A stretch of 64,000 nt of DNA from Octopus bimaculoides (Eukaryota): assembly GCF_001194135.2 (NCBI RefSeq), contig NC_069006.1:23038070-23102069 (forward strand), in the 5' to 3' direction. Positions 54,079-61,165 of the stretch are shown here, in pieces. Positions within the stretch are counted from its first letter, which is position 1, and each line of letters starts with the position of its first letter. Made by a program: the position numbers and the translations under genes. Under the pieces are notes generated by a model. The model was not told where the DNA came from. It did no database searches and saw nothing but the letters and a program-made list of their open reading frames with translations.

Positions 54079-57000
54079 CAAAGGGCTTCTTTCAGTTTCT
54101 GTCTACCAAATCCTCTCACAAAGCTTTGGTTGGCCCCAGAAGACACTTGTTCAAGGTGGCATGCAGTGGGGCTGAACACCCCAAACTATGAGTTTGAGGA
54201 GTAAACTTATCACATAGTCACACCTGCAAATATGATCATGCCAGAGGCAACCCAACTTTTCTCTAGTTTTGAACTGTTTATATTCTCTAATTGATGACTT
54301 TTGATGCTCCTAAACTTTTTCTATCCTCACTGGTGGAAGGCATAGAAAGGTTATAAACACTCCTCTCTTCTTTTCCATCTTCAAACTAAATATAATAAAA
54401 AGTAAAATTAACAAATATTTTTTTTACTGATATTTTTAACTATATCTTTCTTTTTTTGCTCTTTTTTTATAGGACAGCGTTGTAAATCAAAGGTTGACAT
54501 TTGCACCAATAACCCCTGTCAAAATGCTGGCCTCTGCTCAGTTACCGGTGCTGGTTACCGCTGTGACTGTCAACTTGGTTTCATTGGTCTCAATTGTGAA
54601 AATGGTAAAGCTAAAGTTTTTGTTGTTATTTATTATTTTTCAAAGAAAATTTTTCAATAAATTCTCTCATTCGCTTTATTTTATCTCAAATGTATTTAGT
54701 ATTCAGGATGATATATTCTAGGTATCCTTAATGAGTTCTGCATCACACATTAAAGATGGTAAATTTTCTTTATAGTTATTTATTTTTGTAGTATCATGAT
54801 ACCCAATCTCTTCTGCCCCAGAATATGGTCCTTCACAAATTTTCTCCCTACTCATTTTTTTCCACACTTGTTACTATTCTGCAATGTTGTAGAACAAAGA
54901 TGCTCTCAGTTTTCAAAACTTACACTGAGTGAGCAAATATCCAAGAGGAAGGGTTTGTTTCACTAAATATCCTATAGATATACAATGCCTTAAAGATCTT
55001 TGTTTTACCATTGTTAGATCCCTTTACACAAAGATAAATTTTGGTGTCATAAACCCAACTGTGGCTCATTTGACTGCTAACTTAACTAAATGCTGATCTG
55101 TGTAAAAACAACATCGTTTTGATATATTCATTGTGTTCAGCTGAGAGAAGGCAAGAAATCGTCATTGATACCTTATTACAAAGCAAGTTTGTTTCAAAAC
55201 AGTTTGATAAAAGAAGTACCATTTGAACTCTGGGGGTTAATATAGTTGACTTACACCCCCCTCCTTTGAACTTGCTGACCTTGTGCCAAAATTTGTAATC
55301 GATATCAATGATGTAGCTTGTACAACCAATCACTGGAACACTTTCATAATTGGTCGTCTCACTTTGGGTTATCTCAGAGTTACAAACAAAGCATAAATGA
55401 CCTCAAACCTATTCAGCTTACCTTCACTGTTATTTCATGTTCTCTTTATTTTCAGCAATTCAAATTGGTTCTGAGTTTGAACTCACTGGTAACGGCTTTG
55501 CAATGTTCAGTTTAAAAAGGCTCCCCCATCAGAATGCCAAACAGAATGAAAACGTCACTTTCACAGTTACCACTGCAGAATCTAAAGGATTACTATTCTG
55601 GCAGGCAGTAGAACATGGTAAAAATCTTCAAAGAAATGACTATGTCTCAATTTATTTGAAGGATGGTTATGTTGTCTTCAGGTCAGTACAGCTGTAACAA
55701 TCTACATGTGTGTTTTTGTAATAATTGTGGATATATATATTCCTGTACTTGTATGTATGTATATCTAAAAATGTCTAAAAAGAGTAGGATATGGCCTAAT
55801 CACCCATTATTATTGAGTGAGAGTGCAATACATGCCATCAAAGTGCTGCTGGGGTACAAATATACAAAGCTCAATATACCCATCATGACTACCCATCTGA
55901 TGAGGGTACACCAGACACATGAACCACAATGATATGTGCATAACATGGTGATCTCATAAAGATAAACAACACATTACCTTGCAGATGGGGCCCCAGTTAG
56001 AATTTTGAGTAGCTCATTGTGCTCAGAAAGGTCCTTGAACAATTTAAGGATAAAAATTATGAACCAGTTTTGCACTAGGGACGATCTAATCAACTGGCCC
56101 CTTCTCCCAAATTTCAGGCCTTGTGCCTATAGTAGAAAGGATTATTATTATGCATTTTCTTCGTTCAATTTTGTTTCCATTTCTTGCCAAGTATCTTCCC
56201 AACTCCTTGGGCAAAGAAACTCCCTGTCAACATTGATAGGTATTATAATAAACACACTAGGTTGTTCAAAATGAAATGAAGTTATGTGAAAAAAAAATTT
56301 TAATTCAAATAATCACTTAAAACACATTATTATTATTGTTGTCGTTGTTATTTAAAAATACCTTTCTTTCTTTTCAGCTATGAATTAGGTGGTGGTCCAG
56401 CTGAAATCATGTCTAATGTTACAGTCAATGATAGTGTGCCTCATACAATTACAGCTCTCAGGTAGGAACACACTACAGTCATTGATGTTTGAGGGTTAAA
56501 GGTTGGAGATCTGGACACAATATATATATATATATATATCTGTACATACTTGTTGACATACCCAGTAATTCCTGGGAAAACGGGGCTTTATCCCTTGGTT
56601 CTGTTCTCCTTTTCTATGGTGTTCTGCCCTACCTGATCATTTTAATTGCCTTTAAATAAACCTTAATTTTTTTACCCCCTATAAATTCATACAATATGGG
56701 TATCTTCACAACTTAAAAATAAACTGCTTAGATTACAATTTAATTAATATATAGTTAACTTGTTCTTTTGCCTCAATGCTAAATCTTCTTGATAACCCTA
56801 GATTTTAACTTTATACAATATGACTATATTGTTTAAAATAGTTTTGGTATGTGACTATGTGAAAAATACATGTTTCTCAATCGTCAGATTTTTCTGAGGT
56901 TCACAGAATTCCAAACACTTTTGCTGCACTTTGTCATAATTCTTGCTATTTGCTTCCTCACTCCATTCATGAAATAACTAATTAAAACACCTTCATAAGA

Positions 57001-57882
57001 GCTGCTATCAAAATATTTTTTCTGCAGAACTGGCCGTTTTGGTAACCTGATTGTAGATGGTCAACAATTCCGAGGAACTTCAAAAGGAATTCTTCAGATG
57101 TTGAATGTTAATGGAAATATATATTTTGGTAAGTTTCTATACTTTTTGTCTAAAAATGAAGAAAATAATTTACACCTGAATATACATAATGTTTGGTGTT
57201 CTAACCTGAAATACAATCAATGAATGGACAACTTGGCAGTTACATTATTAATACTTTATTGTCCTTATTCTAATTTTAGTTAATTCAAATTATAAGATTT
57301 TCTTCCTTAACTTTTTTTTTAGATCAGAAATGTTCATTATGCTAATATTTCCTCTTCTTATCACTGGTGTGATCTTAATTAGATAATTTTTCTCCTAGTA
57401 ATAAATCTTTCCAATTTTGGCACCAAGCCAGCAAGTTTGAGGAGAGGGAGCAAATTGATTGCATCAATCCCAGTACTCGACAGTAATTTCTTTCTTTGAT
57501 CCCAGAAGAATGAAAGATGAAGTTGGCCACAACAGAATTTGAACTTAGAATGTAACGAGTCAAAAAATATACTACTAAGCCTTTTGTCTGACATGTTAAT
57601 GATACTGCTAGCTTTCTGCCTTCTGCTAGTAATAATAATAAAAATTGTAATATTTTGAAACTGTGATTTTATATTAATTACTTTTTACTATTTGTTAATT
57701 TTCCAGGTGGTGTCCCAGACCTTGAAGCAATGACTGGTGGACTACATGATACTAATTTCTTTGGTTGCATGAATGATATCTATATTAACAAACAGGGTCC
57801 TTTGAAACTGTCACAGGCAGCCATTGGTGGCCTCAATATCAAACACTGTACCAACTCTAGGGGCTATTGGACATCTGCTTAA
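1..57882 (+). CDS. HSPG2: Perlecan / basement membrane heparan sulfate proteoglycan core protein, 3' part (domains III-V); spliced gene, 5' end lies upstream of the window
   Basis: 59 GT-AG exons join in one frame (8,256 nt incl. TAA at 57880-57882). The architecture L4/LE x3 - Ig x12 - LG/EGF/LG/EGF/EGF/LG is diagnostic of perlecan, with motifs such as [30 protein letters not shown] and [12 protein letters not shown]. One EGF exon is not visible (gap). Confidence 0.97.
638..746 (+). CDS. HSPG2: perlecan exon w2, L4-1 end / LE
   Basis: [36 protein letters not shown]; TTTTCAG / GTAATC. Confidence 0.95.
1014..1124 (+). CDS. HSPG2: perlecan exon w3, LE
   Basis: [37 protein letters not shown]; CAG / GTAAGT. 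Confidence 0.95.
1484..1605 (+). CDS. HSPG2: perlecan exon w4, LE
   Basis: [41 protein letters not shown]; CAG / GTATGT. Confidence 0.95.
2005..2153 (+). CDS. HSPG2: perlecan exon w5, LE
   Basis: [49 protein letters not shown]; TAG / GTAAGT. Confidence 0.95.
2806..2873 (+). CDS. HSPG2: perlecan exon w6, 6-Cys LE
   Basis: [23 protein letters not shown]; CAG / GTAAGT. Confidence 0.92.
3146..3201. repeat. (TAT)n microsatellite
   Basis: Direct observation. Confidence 0.95.
3355..3495 (+). CDS. HSPG2: perlecan exon w7, LE
   Basis: [47 protein letters not shown]; CAG / GTAAGT. Confidence 0.95.
3868..4050 (+). CDS. HSPG2: perlecan exon w8, L4-2
   Basis: [20 protein letters not shown]...[15 protein letters not shown]; CAG / GTATGT. 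Confidence 0.95.
4702..4794 (+). CDS. HSPG2: perlecan exon w9, L4-2
   Basis: [31 protein letters not shown]; TAG / GTAAGT. Confidence 0.95.
5461..5544 (+). CDS. HSPG2: perlecan exon w10, L4-2
   Basis: [28 protein letters not shown]; CAG / GTAAGT. Confidence 0.93.
5847..6163 (+). mobile_element. tRNA-headed CORE-like SINE (family B)
   Basis: B-box-like GGGTTCAGTCCC, CORE-like CACCTTGGGCAAGTGTCTTC, central GT microsatellite, tail GATAGATTAAGTACCAGG. Confidence 0.75.
6359..6477 (+). CDS. HSPG2: perlecan exon w11, L4-2
   Basis: [39 protein letters not shown]; CAG / GTAAAA. Confidence 0.95.
6689..6988 (+). mobile_element. non-LTR retroposon family A (5'-truncated, (GAT)n tail)
   Basis: Shared motif TTAGGAAGGGCATCCAGCTGTAGAAAC...CCAACCCATGCTAGCATGGAAAGCGGACGTTAAACGATGATGAT in at least 7 copies in the window. 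Confidence 0.85.
7402..7510 (+). CDS. HSPG2: perlecan exon w12, L4-2 end / LE
   Basis: [36 protein letters not shown]; CAG / GTAAAC. Confidence 0.95.
8081..8194 (+). CDS. HSPG2: perlecan exon w13, LE
   Basis: [38 protein letters not shown]; TAG / GTAAGA. Confidence 0.96.
8421..8548 (+). CDS. HSPG2: perlecan exon w14, LE
   Basis: [43 protein letters not shown]; TAG / GTAAGT. Confidence 0.96.
8680..8950 (-). repeat. old interspersed repeat family D
   Basis: Motif CCTGCTAGAAATAGCAGCCAAA recurs near 8684(-), 8921(-), 17246, 18672, 20571, 30157(-), 62994 and 63218. Confidence 0.55.
9023..9216 (-). mobile_element. ~194-bp young interspersed element (Penelope-like pLTR/retrozyme-like), copy 1
   Basis: Nearly identical copies at 9318-9511 and 40152-40345. 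Carries a hammerhead-like fold on the - strand. Possible TSD ATAGTATG (9015-9022 / 9519-9526). Confidence 0.75.
9114..9150 (-). ncRNA. candidate minimal type-I hammerhead ribozyme (variant core)
   Basis: - strand reads UCUUU-CUGUUGA-A-GAGC-GUA-GCUC-GAAAC-GUC^AAAGA: stem I 5 bp, stem II 4 bp, palindromic ACGU stem III. Confidence 0.55.
9318..9511 (-). mobile_element. ~194-bp element, copy 2 (possibly an assembly duplicate of copy 1)
   Basis: 9312-9523 is identical to 9017-9228; the two flank an 83-N gap. Confidence 0.5.
9409..9445 (-). ncRNA. candidate minimal hammerhead ribozyme, copy 2
   Basis: Identical to 9114-9150; may be an assembly duplicate. Confidence 0.4.
9739..9825 (+). CDS. HSPG2: perlecan exon w15, LE
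   Basis: [28 protein letters not shown]; TAG / GTGAGT. Confidence 0.95.
9948..10006 (+). CDS. HSPG2: perlecan exon w16, LE
   Basis: [19 protein letters not shown]; CAG / GTAAGT. Confidence 0.94.
10351..10433 (+). CDS. HSPG2: perlecan exon w17, LE
   Basis: [27 protein letters not shown]; CAG / GTATGT. Confidence 0.94.
10726..10947 (+). mobile_element. tRNA-headed SINE (family C), near full length
   Basis: A-box-like GGTGAGCTGGCAGAATC, B-box-like GAGTTCAAATTCC, tail GCCTTGTGCC...GAAAGG(ATT)n. Degenerate copies near 7620-7950, 10070-10150, 10560-10715, 13530-13685, 18460-18630, 41590-41800, 51180-51410, 55170-55310, 56000-56150 and 57380-57620 (-). Confidence 0.75.
11077..11217 (+). CDS. HSPG2: perlecan exon w18, LE
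   Basis: [47 protein letters not shown]; TAG / GTAACA. Confidence 0.95.
12082..12273 (+). CDS. HSPG2: perlecan exon w19, L4-3
   Basis: [21 protein letters not shown]...[15 protein letters not shown]; CAG / GTAAAA. Confidence 0.94.
12626..12831 (+). mobile_element. retroposon family A copy
   Basis: Same core and GATGAT tail as 6689-6988. Confidence 0.85.
13073..13168 (+). CDS. HSPG2: perlecan exon w20, L4-3
   Basis: [32 protein letters not shown]; TAG / GTAAGT. Confidence 0.95.
13270..13492 (-). mobile_element. degenerate tRNA-headed SINE (family E)
   Basis: - strand reads GTGTTGGACTCATGACTGTAAGATTGTGGTTTTGATTCTTGG...TTGAGCAAGACACTT. Confidence 0.5.
13732..13815 (+). CDS. HSPG2: perlecan exon w21, L4-3
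   Basis: [28 protein letters not shown]; CAG / GTAAGA. Confidence 0.92.
14297..14527 (+). CDS. HSPG2: perlecan exon w22, L4-3 end / LE
   Basis: [32 protein letters not shown]...[15 protein letters not shown]; CAG / GTGAGT. Confidence 0.96.
14724..14840 (+). CDS. HSPG2: perlecan exon w23, LE
   Basis: [39 protein letters not shown]; TAG / GTGAGT. Confidence 0.95.
15347..15474 (+). CDS. HSPG2: perlecan exon w24, LE
   Basis: [42 protein letters not shown]; CAG / GTAAGT. Confidence 0.96.
16062..16416 (+). mobile_element. non-autonomous Helentron/DINE-1-like (Helitron2) element
   Basis: 5' TTATTACCTCTGCC...AAAGG; 3' subterminal inverted repeat CCTTGGCGGAGGT (16379-16391), then hairpin GCGCTC-TCT-GAGTGC (16394-16408) and T-rich end. 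Confidence 0.75.
17705..17791 (+). CDS. HSPG2: perlecan exon w25, LE
   Basis: [28 protein letters not shown]; CAG / GTAAGT. Confidence 0.95.
18912..18973 (+). CDS. HSPG2: perlecan exon w26, last LE of domain III
   Basis: [20 protein letters not shown]; AAG / GTAACT. Confidence 0.92.
19313..19585 (+). CDS. HSPG2: perlecan exon w27, Ig1 (domain IV start)
   Basis: [29 protein letters not shown]...[25 protein letters not shown]; CAG / GTAAGT. Confidence 0.96.
20095..20198 (+). CDS. HSPG2: perlecan exon w28, Ig2 N-half
   Basis: [34 protein letters not shown]; CAG / GTAAGT. Confidence 0.93.
21015..21186 (+). CDS. HSPG2: perlecan exon w29, Ig2 C-half
   Basis: [57 protein letters not shown]; CAG / GTGAGT. 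Confidence 0.95.
21721..22148 (-). mobile_element. retroposon family A copy with internal duplicated module
   Basis: Reverse complement of family A; 50-bp unit repeated at 21934 and 22048. Confidence 0.85.
22263..22520 (+). CDS. HSPG2: perlecan exon w30, Ig3
   Basis: [42 protein letters not shown]...[11 protein letters not shown]; CAG / GTGAGT. Confidence 0.96.
22685..22828 (+). CDS. HSPG2: perlecan exon w31, Ig4 N-half
   Basis: [47 protein letters not shown]; CAG / GTAAGA. Confidence 0.94.
23100..23330. mobile_element. 230-bp foldback / MITE-like palindrome
   Basis: Arms 23100-23205 and 23227-23330 are reverse complements (about 13 substitutions and 2 indels by eye); 21-nt AT loop. Confidence 0.8.
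23733..23870 (+). CDS. HSPG2: perlecan exon w32, Ig4 C-half
   Basis: [45 protein letters not shown]; TAG / GTATGT. Confidence 0.94.
23897..23954 (+). mobile_element. retroposon family A, 3'-terminal fragment
   Basis: GTCAAATCGTCCAACCCATGCTAGCATGGAAAGCGGACGTTAAACGATGATGATGATG; extreme 5' truncation. Confidence 0.8.
24078..24226 (+). CDS. HSPG2: perlecan exon w33, Ig5 N-half
   Basis: [49 protein letters not shown]; TAG / GTTAAT. Confidence 0.94.
24336..24470 (-). mobile_element. family B SINE, 5' part
   Basis: GGCTTCTTTCAGTTTCCATCTACCAAATCCACTCTCAAGGCTTT is the reverse complement of the family B body. Confidence 0.7.
24678..24795 (+). CDS. HSPG2: perlecan exon w34, Ig5 C-half
   Basis: [39 protein letters not shown]; AAG / GTAAGA. 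Confidence 0.95.
24978..25101 (+). CDS. HSPG2: perlecan exon w35, Ig6 N-half
   Basis: [40 protein letters not shown]; TAG / GTAAGA. Confidence 0.95.
25878..26032 (+). CDS. HSPG2: perlecan exon w36, Ig6 C-half
   Basis: [51 protein letters not shown]; AAG / GTCAGT. Confidence 0.95.
26920..27186 (+). CDS. HSPG2: perlecan exon w37, Ig7
   Basis: [36 protein letters not shown]...[20 protein letters not shown]; CAG / GTGAGT. Confidence 0.96.
27656..27745 (+). CDS. HSPG2: perlecan exon w38, Ig8 N-half
   Basis: [29 protein letters not shown]; TAG / GTAAGT. Confidence 0.9.
28208..28273. repeat. perfect 33-bp tandem duplication
   Basis: AAAACTACAGTTTAACAAATGTAAACTTTAACC x2. Confidence 0.9.
28506..28685 (+). 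CDS. HSPG2: perlecan exon w39, Ig8 C-half
   Basis: [59 protein letters not shown]; CAG / GTAAGA. Confidence 0.95.
29246..29506 (+). CDS. HSPG2: perlecan exon w40, Ig9
   Basis: [27 protein letters not shown]...[25 protein letters not shown]; TAG / GTAAGA. Confidence 0.96.
29756..29918 (+). CDS. HSPG2: perlecan exon w41, Ig10 N-part
   Basis: [53 protein letters not shown]; CAG / GTAAGT. Confidence 0.95.
30412..30509 (+). CDS. HSPG2: perlecan exon w42, Ig10 C-part
   Basis: [32 protein letters not shown]; CAG / GTAAGT. Confidence 0.95.
31174..31260 (+). CDS. HSPG2: perlecan exon w43, Ig11 N-part
   Basis: [28 protein letters not shown]; CAG / GTAAGT. Confidence 0.92.
31336..31408. repeat. (CAT)/(TAT)n microsatellite abutting a splice acceptor
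   Basis: Direct observation; ends 3 nt before exon w44. Confidence 0.9.
31412..31594 (+). CDS. HSPG2: perlecan exon w44, Ig11 C-part
   Basis: [60 protein letters not shown]; CAG after (TAT)n / GTGAGT. Confidence 0.94.
32042..32174 (+). CDS. HSPG2: perlecan exon w45, Ig12 N-half
   Basis: [43 protein letters not shown]; CAG / GTAAGA. Confidence 0.94.
32873..33000 (+). CDS. HSPG2: perlecan exon w46, Ig12 C-half
   Basis: [42 protein letters not shown]; CAG / GTAAGA. Confidence 0.95.
33031..33119 (-). mobile_element. retroposon family A, 3'-terminal fragment
   Basis: (CAT)n followed by TTTTCCATGCTGGCATGGGTTGGACAG. Confidence 0.65.
33825..33938 (+). CDS. HSPG2: perlecan exon w47, LG1 (domain V start)
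   Basis: [37 protein letters not shown]; CAG / GTAAGT. Confidence 0.95.
34279..34458 (+). CDS. HSPG2: perlecan exon w48, LG1
   Basis: [59 protein letters not shown]; CAG / GTAAGC. Confidence 0.96.
34798..34944 (+). CDS. HSPG2: perlecan exon w49, LG1
   Basis: [48 protein letters not shown]; TAG / GTAAGT. Confidence 0.96.
35448..35666 (+). CDS. HSPG2: perlecan exon w50, LG1 end + EGF1 + start of EGF2
   Basis: [16 protein letters not shown]...[43 protein letters not shown]; TAG / GTAAAT. Confidence 0.95.
36001..36636. other. largest assembly gap (636 N)
   Basis: Other gaps: 9229-9311, 11665-11855, 23405-23572, 25119-25503, 28869-28934, 37558-37715, 46800-46832, 49801-49905, 52520-52637, 59683-59881, 61387-61396. 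Most are flanked by (TA)n. Confidence 1.
38592..38816 (+). CDS. HSPG2: perlecan exon w51, LG2
   Basis: [47 protein letters not shown]...[10 protein letters not shown]; CAG / GTCAGT. Confidence 0.95.
39141..39455 (+). mobile_element. family B SINE (head truncated)
   Basis: AAAGCCTTGTGAATGGATTTGGTAGATGGAAACTGAAAGAAGCC...GATAGAATAAGTACCAG...CCCCAGCATGGCTGCAG. Confidence 0.75.
39521..39637 (+). CDS. HSPG2: perlecan exon w52, LG2
   Basis: [38 protein letters not shown]; CAG / GTAAAT. Confidence 0.95.
40152..40345 (-). mobile_element. ~194-bp element, copy 3, embedded in (TA)n
   Basis: 4 substitutions versus copy 1 by eye; (TA)n on both sides. Confidence 0.75.
40243..40279 (-). ncRNA. candidate minimal hammerhead ribozyme, copy 3
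   Basis: Identical 37-nt motif to 9114-9150. Confidence 0.55.
41369..41464. repeat. 24-bp minisatellite x4
   Basis: TGATATTCTCTCATTCCATTAACT-like unit. Confidence 0.85.
48278..48561 (+). mobile_element. retroposon family A variant with six internal ~24-bp units
   Basis: GTGCCACATAAAAGCACC-like units x6, then the family A core and GATGAT tail. Confidence 0.8.
49248..49337. repeat. ~28-bp minisatellite x3
   Basis: AGTCAAACCAACCTAATCTGTAATTTT-like unit. Confidence 0.8.
52817..52944 (+). CDS. HSPG2: perlecan exon w53, LG2
   Basis: [42 protein letters not shown]; TAG / GTAAGT. Confidence 0.95.
53008..53417. mobile_element. possible MITE with 11-bp TIRs and a microsatellite interior
   Basis: CCTTCAACTGT (53009) and ACAGTTGAAGG (53406) are inverted; interior (TA)n(GA)n. 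Confidence 0.35.
53203..53288. repeat. compound (TA)n(GA)n microsatellite
   Basis: Direct observation. Many other TA/CA/GT tracts occur, e.g. 11555-11600, 22960-23020, 35960-36000, 40130-40150 and 40345-40370. Confidence 0.95.
53682..53853 (+). CDS. HSPG2: perlecan exon w54, LG2 end + EGF3
   Basis: [57 protein letters not shown]; CAG / GTCAGT. Confidence 0.95.
53897..54225 (-). mobile_element. family B SINE
   Basis: Reverse-complement family B with a central (CA)n. Confidence 0.7.
54473..54604 (+). CDS. HSPG2: perlecan exon w55, EGF4
   Basis: [43 protein letters not shown]; TAG / GTAAAG. Confidence 0.95.
55456..55681 (+). CDS. HSPG2: perlecan exon w56, LG3
   Basis: [24 protein letters not shown]...SKGLLFWQ...[14 protein letters not shown]; CAG / GTCAGT. 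Confidence 0.95.
56378..56461 (+). CDS. HSPG2: perlecan exon w57, LG3
   Basis: [27 protein letters not shown]; CAG / GTAGGA. Confidence 0.94.
57028..57128 (+). CDS. HSPG2: perlecan exon w58, LG3
   Basis: [33 protein letters not shown]; CAG / GTAAGT. Confidence 0.95.
57707..57882 (+). CDS. HSPG2: perlecan last coding exon w59, LG3 end and stop
   Basis: [57 protein letters not shown]; CAG acceptor, TAA 57880-57882. Confidence 0.95.
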
Positions 57883-58076
57883 TGAAGAACTAGAAATGCA
57901 TTTCATCTCTCCTGCTGCTAGTTTCAACTGCACCTGAACTGTCGATCAAATGCGTAGTAGTGTTTTAGTCGAAATTATTTGGGGTTTTTGGATGTGTTTA
58001 TTTGTTACAACACTAACTCCACTCACCCCCATACGCTGGTCATCACTGTTTCACTGGCTCAAAAAAAAAATGAATT

Positions 58077-58126
58077 AATAAAGTCAAAATCAAAAACTTA
58101 ACAAAAGAACAAACCAAAAAAATAAA
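58077..58126 (+). promoter_or_regulatory. candidate polyadenylation signals in the perlecan 3' UTR
   Basis: AATAAA at 58077-58082 and 58121-58126. Many more occur downstream in A-rich sequence, so the site actually used is unknown. Confidence 0.3.
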
Positions 58127-60146
58127 CATCAATCAACTCATTTTGGGTTGTTATTTAACTGAAAAAATGTAAAAAAAAAAAAACAAAAGCGGGAGGGAGA
58201 AAAATTTAACCCAAAAAGTCTAAATTAAAATATATAATAAAAAAATAATGCATTTCAGAGAAATATTTAATTGAAAAAAAAAGAAAAAAAACTTTTACAA
58301 CATTTAGTAAAACAAAACAATTAAAATTGAAATAAAAATAAAATGAAACAGGTAAGAACGAAGATGCTAATTTTTTATAATTATTTTTACATTTTTCTAC
58401 TCTCATTGTGGTCATCTAGATAATTCTAGAACACCAAGACAAAGCCAGACTTGGGTAGGAGTGGATGGGGTAGGACAACACTGTATACTGATGGGACAAC
58501 TAAAGATGTGACAGAAACCACACAGTATATATTAATATCGTTATTATTATTATTATTACTACAATGAAAACTAACAGTTTGGAAATTGATTAGGAAGAAG
58601 CATTTTCTTATTCAAACTATTATATATAAAGGCTCCATATCTGCTTTGTGATGAAATCTCTGTCCAACAATAATTTGATTTTAATATCATTACCAATTGT
58701 CCTATTTTGGTATCAGCCATCCCACCTCTGACATGAGTTATCTCACCTTGGCTATGATCTTTTATTAAATAAGGAAATAAACCTTTGGGAATTTACTGAA
58801 AGAATTCGATTTCAATTTTTATTGTTTATATTAGCTATGTAATTAAAAACAACAACAACAACACACATAATACCCAGTTGTCCTAAATTATTTCTTGTAA
58901 AACATAATAAATTAATAAATGTGTTTTTTGCCCTTCCAATTATTATTATCATTATTATTATTATTACTACTTTTCTGTTGTTCAAAATTCTAACACGGTC
59001 TTATAAAATATACATACTTCTATGCACACACACACACGAGCATATATATATATATCTGCATGTATATTATGTACTTACTATATAACATACACACAAAACC
59101 TGTTGGTCTCTCTGTTTCAAATCATAAATGTACTTCATCCAATCATATTGTAGCAGTGTATTAAGTATTTGTGTGTGTGTGTGTGCGTTTCTGCTGTGGC
59201 TTATAACCTCCAATTGAAACTTAAACTTTCATACAAACACTTTCATAGTAAGACCGGATGTACGAAACCCTATAATATATGTTTTCAAACATCTAGTAAC
59301 TATAGACACATATATTCATACACACTAATTAAAACACACACAGAAAGTTTGATACTGTAATTTATCACAAATCACATGGCTGTCTTCTGGTTTTGCTTTT
59401 GAAAATCAAATCTTTTAAGCTACCCTCCATTGTGAGGGCAACTTTGTTTCCATGTTTTTTTTTTCTTCCGTCTTCAACAAAGCTATTCAACTTAGGCTAG
59501 GAGGAATCTTGTTTACTATATTTTTAACTATATTAATCGTAACAAGAACAACAACAACAACAACAGCAGCAGTAGATTGAGAAGTTGTGTTGAAGATCTA
59601 ATCTTAATACATTATGTTCTATCACACACACACATATATATATGTATGTATGTATGTGTATATATATATTTATATATATATANNNNNNNNNNNNNNNNNN
59701 NNNNNNNNNNNNNNNNNNNNNNNNNNNNNNNNNNNNNNNNNNNNNNNNNNNNNNNNNNNNNNNNNNNNNNNNNNNNNNNNNNNNNNNNNNNNNNNNNNNN
59801 NNNNNNNNNNNNNNNNNNNNNNNNNNNNNNNNNNNNNNNNNNNNNNNNNNNNNNNNNNNNNNNNNNNNNNNNNNNNNNNNNATAAATAATAATAATAAAG
59901 GAGTTACGACGCAAAAACGTATATATTCAAATGAACATATTTAGCTTCTTCAATATATATTTCAGTATAAAGAATTCATTAAGGGACTTAATAAATCAAA
60001 ATTTCTTTACACATCTTCAGGAATAAATATAACATCAGAAAAAACTACATTCGGTTTAAAAATACAAACCGTTCATGGTGAAAAAATTTTGGTGATGATT
60101 TTTTGAGTTAGCTTACCAATTATTTTTGTTGGTAGTTAATTTATAA

Positions 60147-60188
<42 letters not shown>

Positions 60189-61133
60189 TATATACATGCT
60201 TGACAATTAAGTTGCTATCTAAGAAATTAATTTATTTCTAAGTTCAGTAACCTCCTGTATAACATCCCATCAAAGAGGAAGGAGACAATAATAATAATAA
60301 TAATGACAACAATAATTAAATATAATCAAACTGACATATAATAGAGTCACAAAAAAGGATTTTAAAAATACAGACAAGTATGAAATCAGGATGTCATCAT
60401 ACATGTGTTTGTGTGTGTGTGTGTGTGTGTGTGCATATACACACACTAATACTATGGTATGTCATGTAGGTAAAACCCAATGAATTTGTGGACACAGATT
60501 TCCTCTTCCATTGTGCAGTGAGAGCATTAGAAAAATAAGAAATCTTTTGGAAAAAAATAACAAGATTAATAATGATAATAATAATAATAATTAATGATGC
60601 TGTTTTTTTTTTAATTTCTTGCTCCCTTGTTTTCAATTTCTCTCTCTTTCTCCCATCATACATCATTGCTAAAAACACTGCCAATATGGACATCAGAGAA
60701 GTAAAAGCTCTTATAAAATTTACTCAGTCTGTGAATTTTTTAATCTTTTACTCCATTTGATAACCGTCCTTAAAAGCCTTGATTAAAATGGTTCATTCTT
60801 CTTTCCCTGCCTCCTGTTTTCCTCACCTTTGCAATCTTTTTAGTAAGATTAACATTGAAATAGTGCATAGATGAAAATAGATGAGACCTTTTTGTCAATT
60901 AACAAATTTTAAGGCTATCTACTGAAATAAACTATTTTAAATGAATTTATAAATACATTTCTATCTAAGTATATTTCAAGTTTGCATTTTAATTTTGTTA
61001 AATTTTATACATTTATAAAAATATTTATAATAGAATCTAAACGAAAGAAAATGTGCTAAAACTGGAGGAAAAATAACTAATTTCTCAATCGGCTTTTGTT
61101 AAATTGACTGAAATTTAGAGAAGGAAGAAAAGA

Positions 61134-61165
<32 letters not shown>

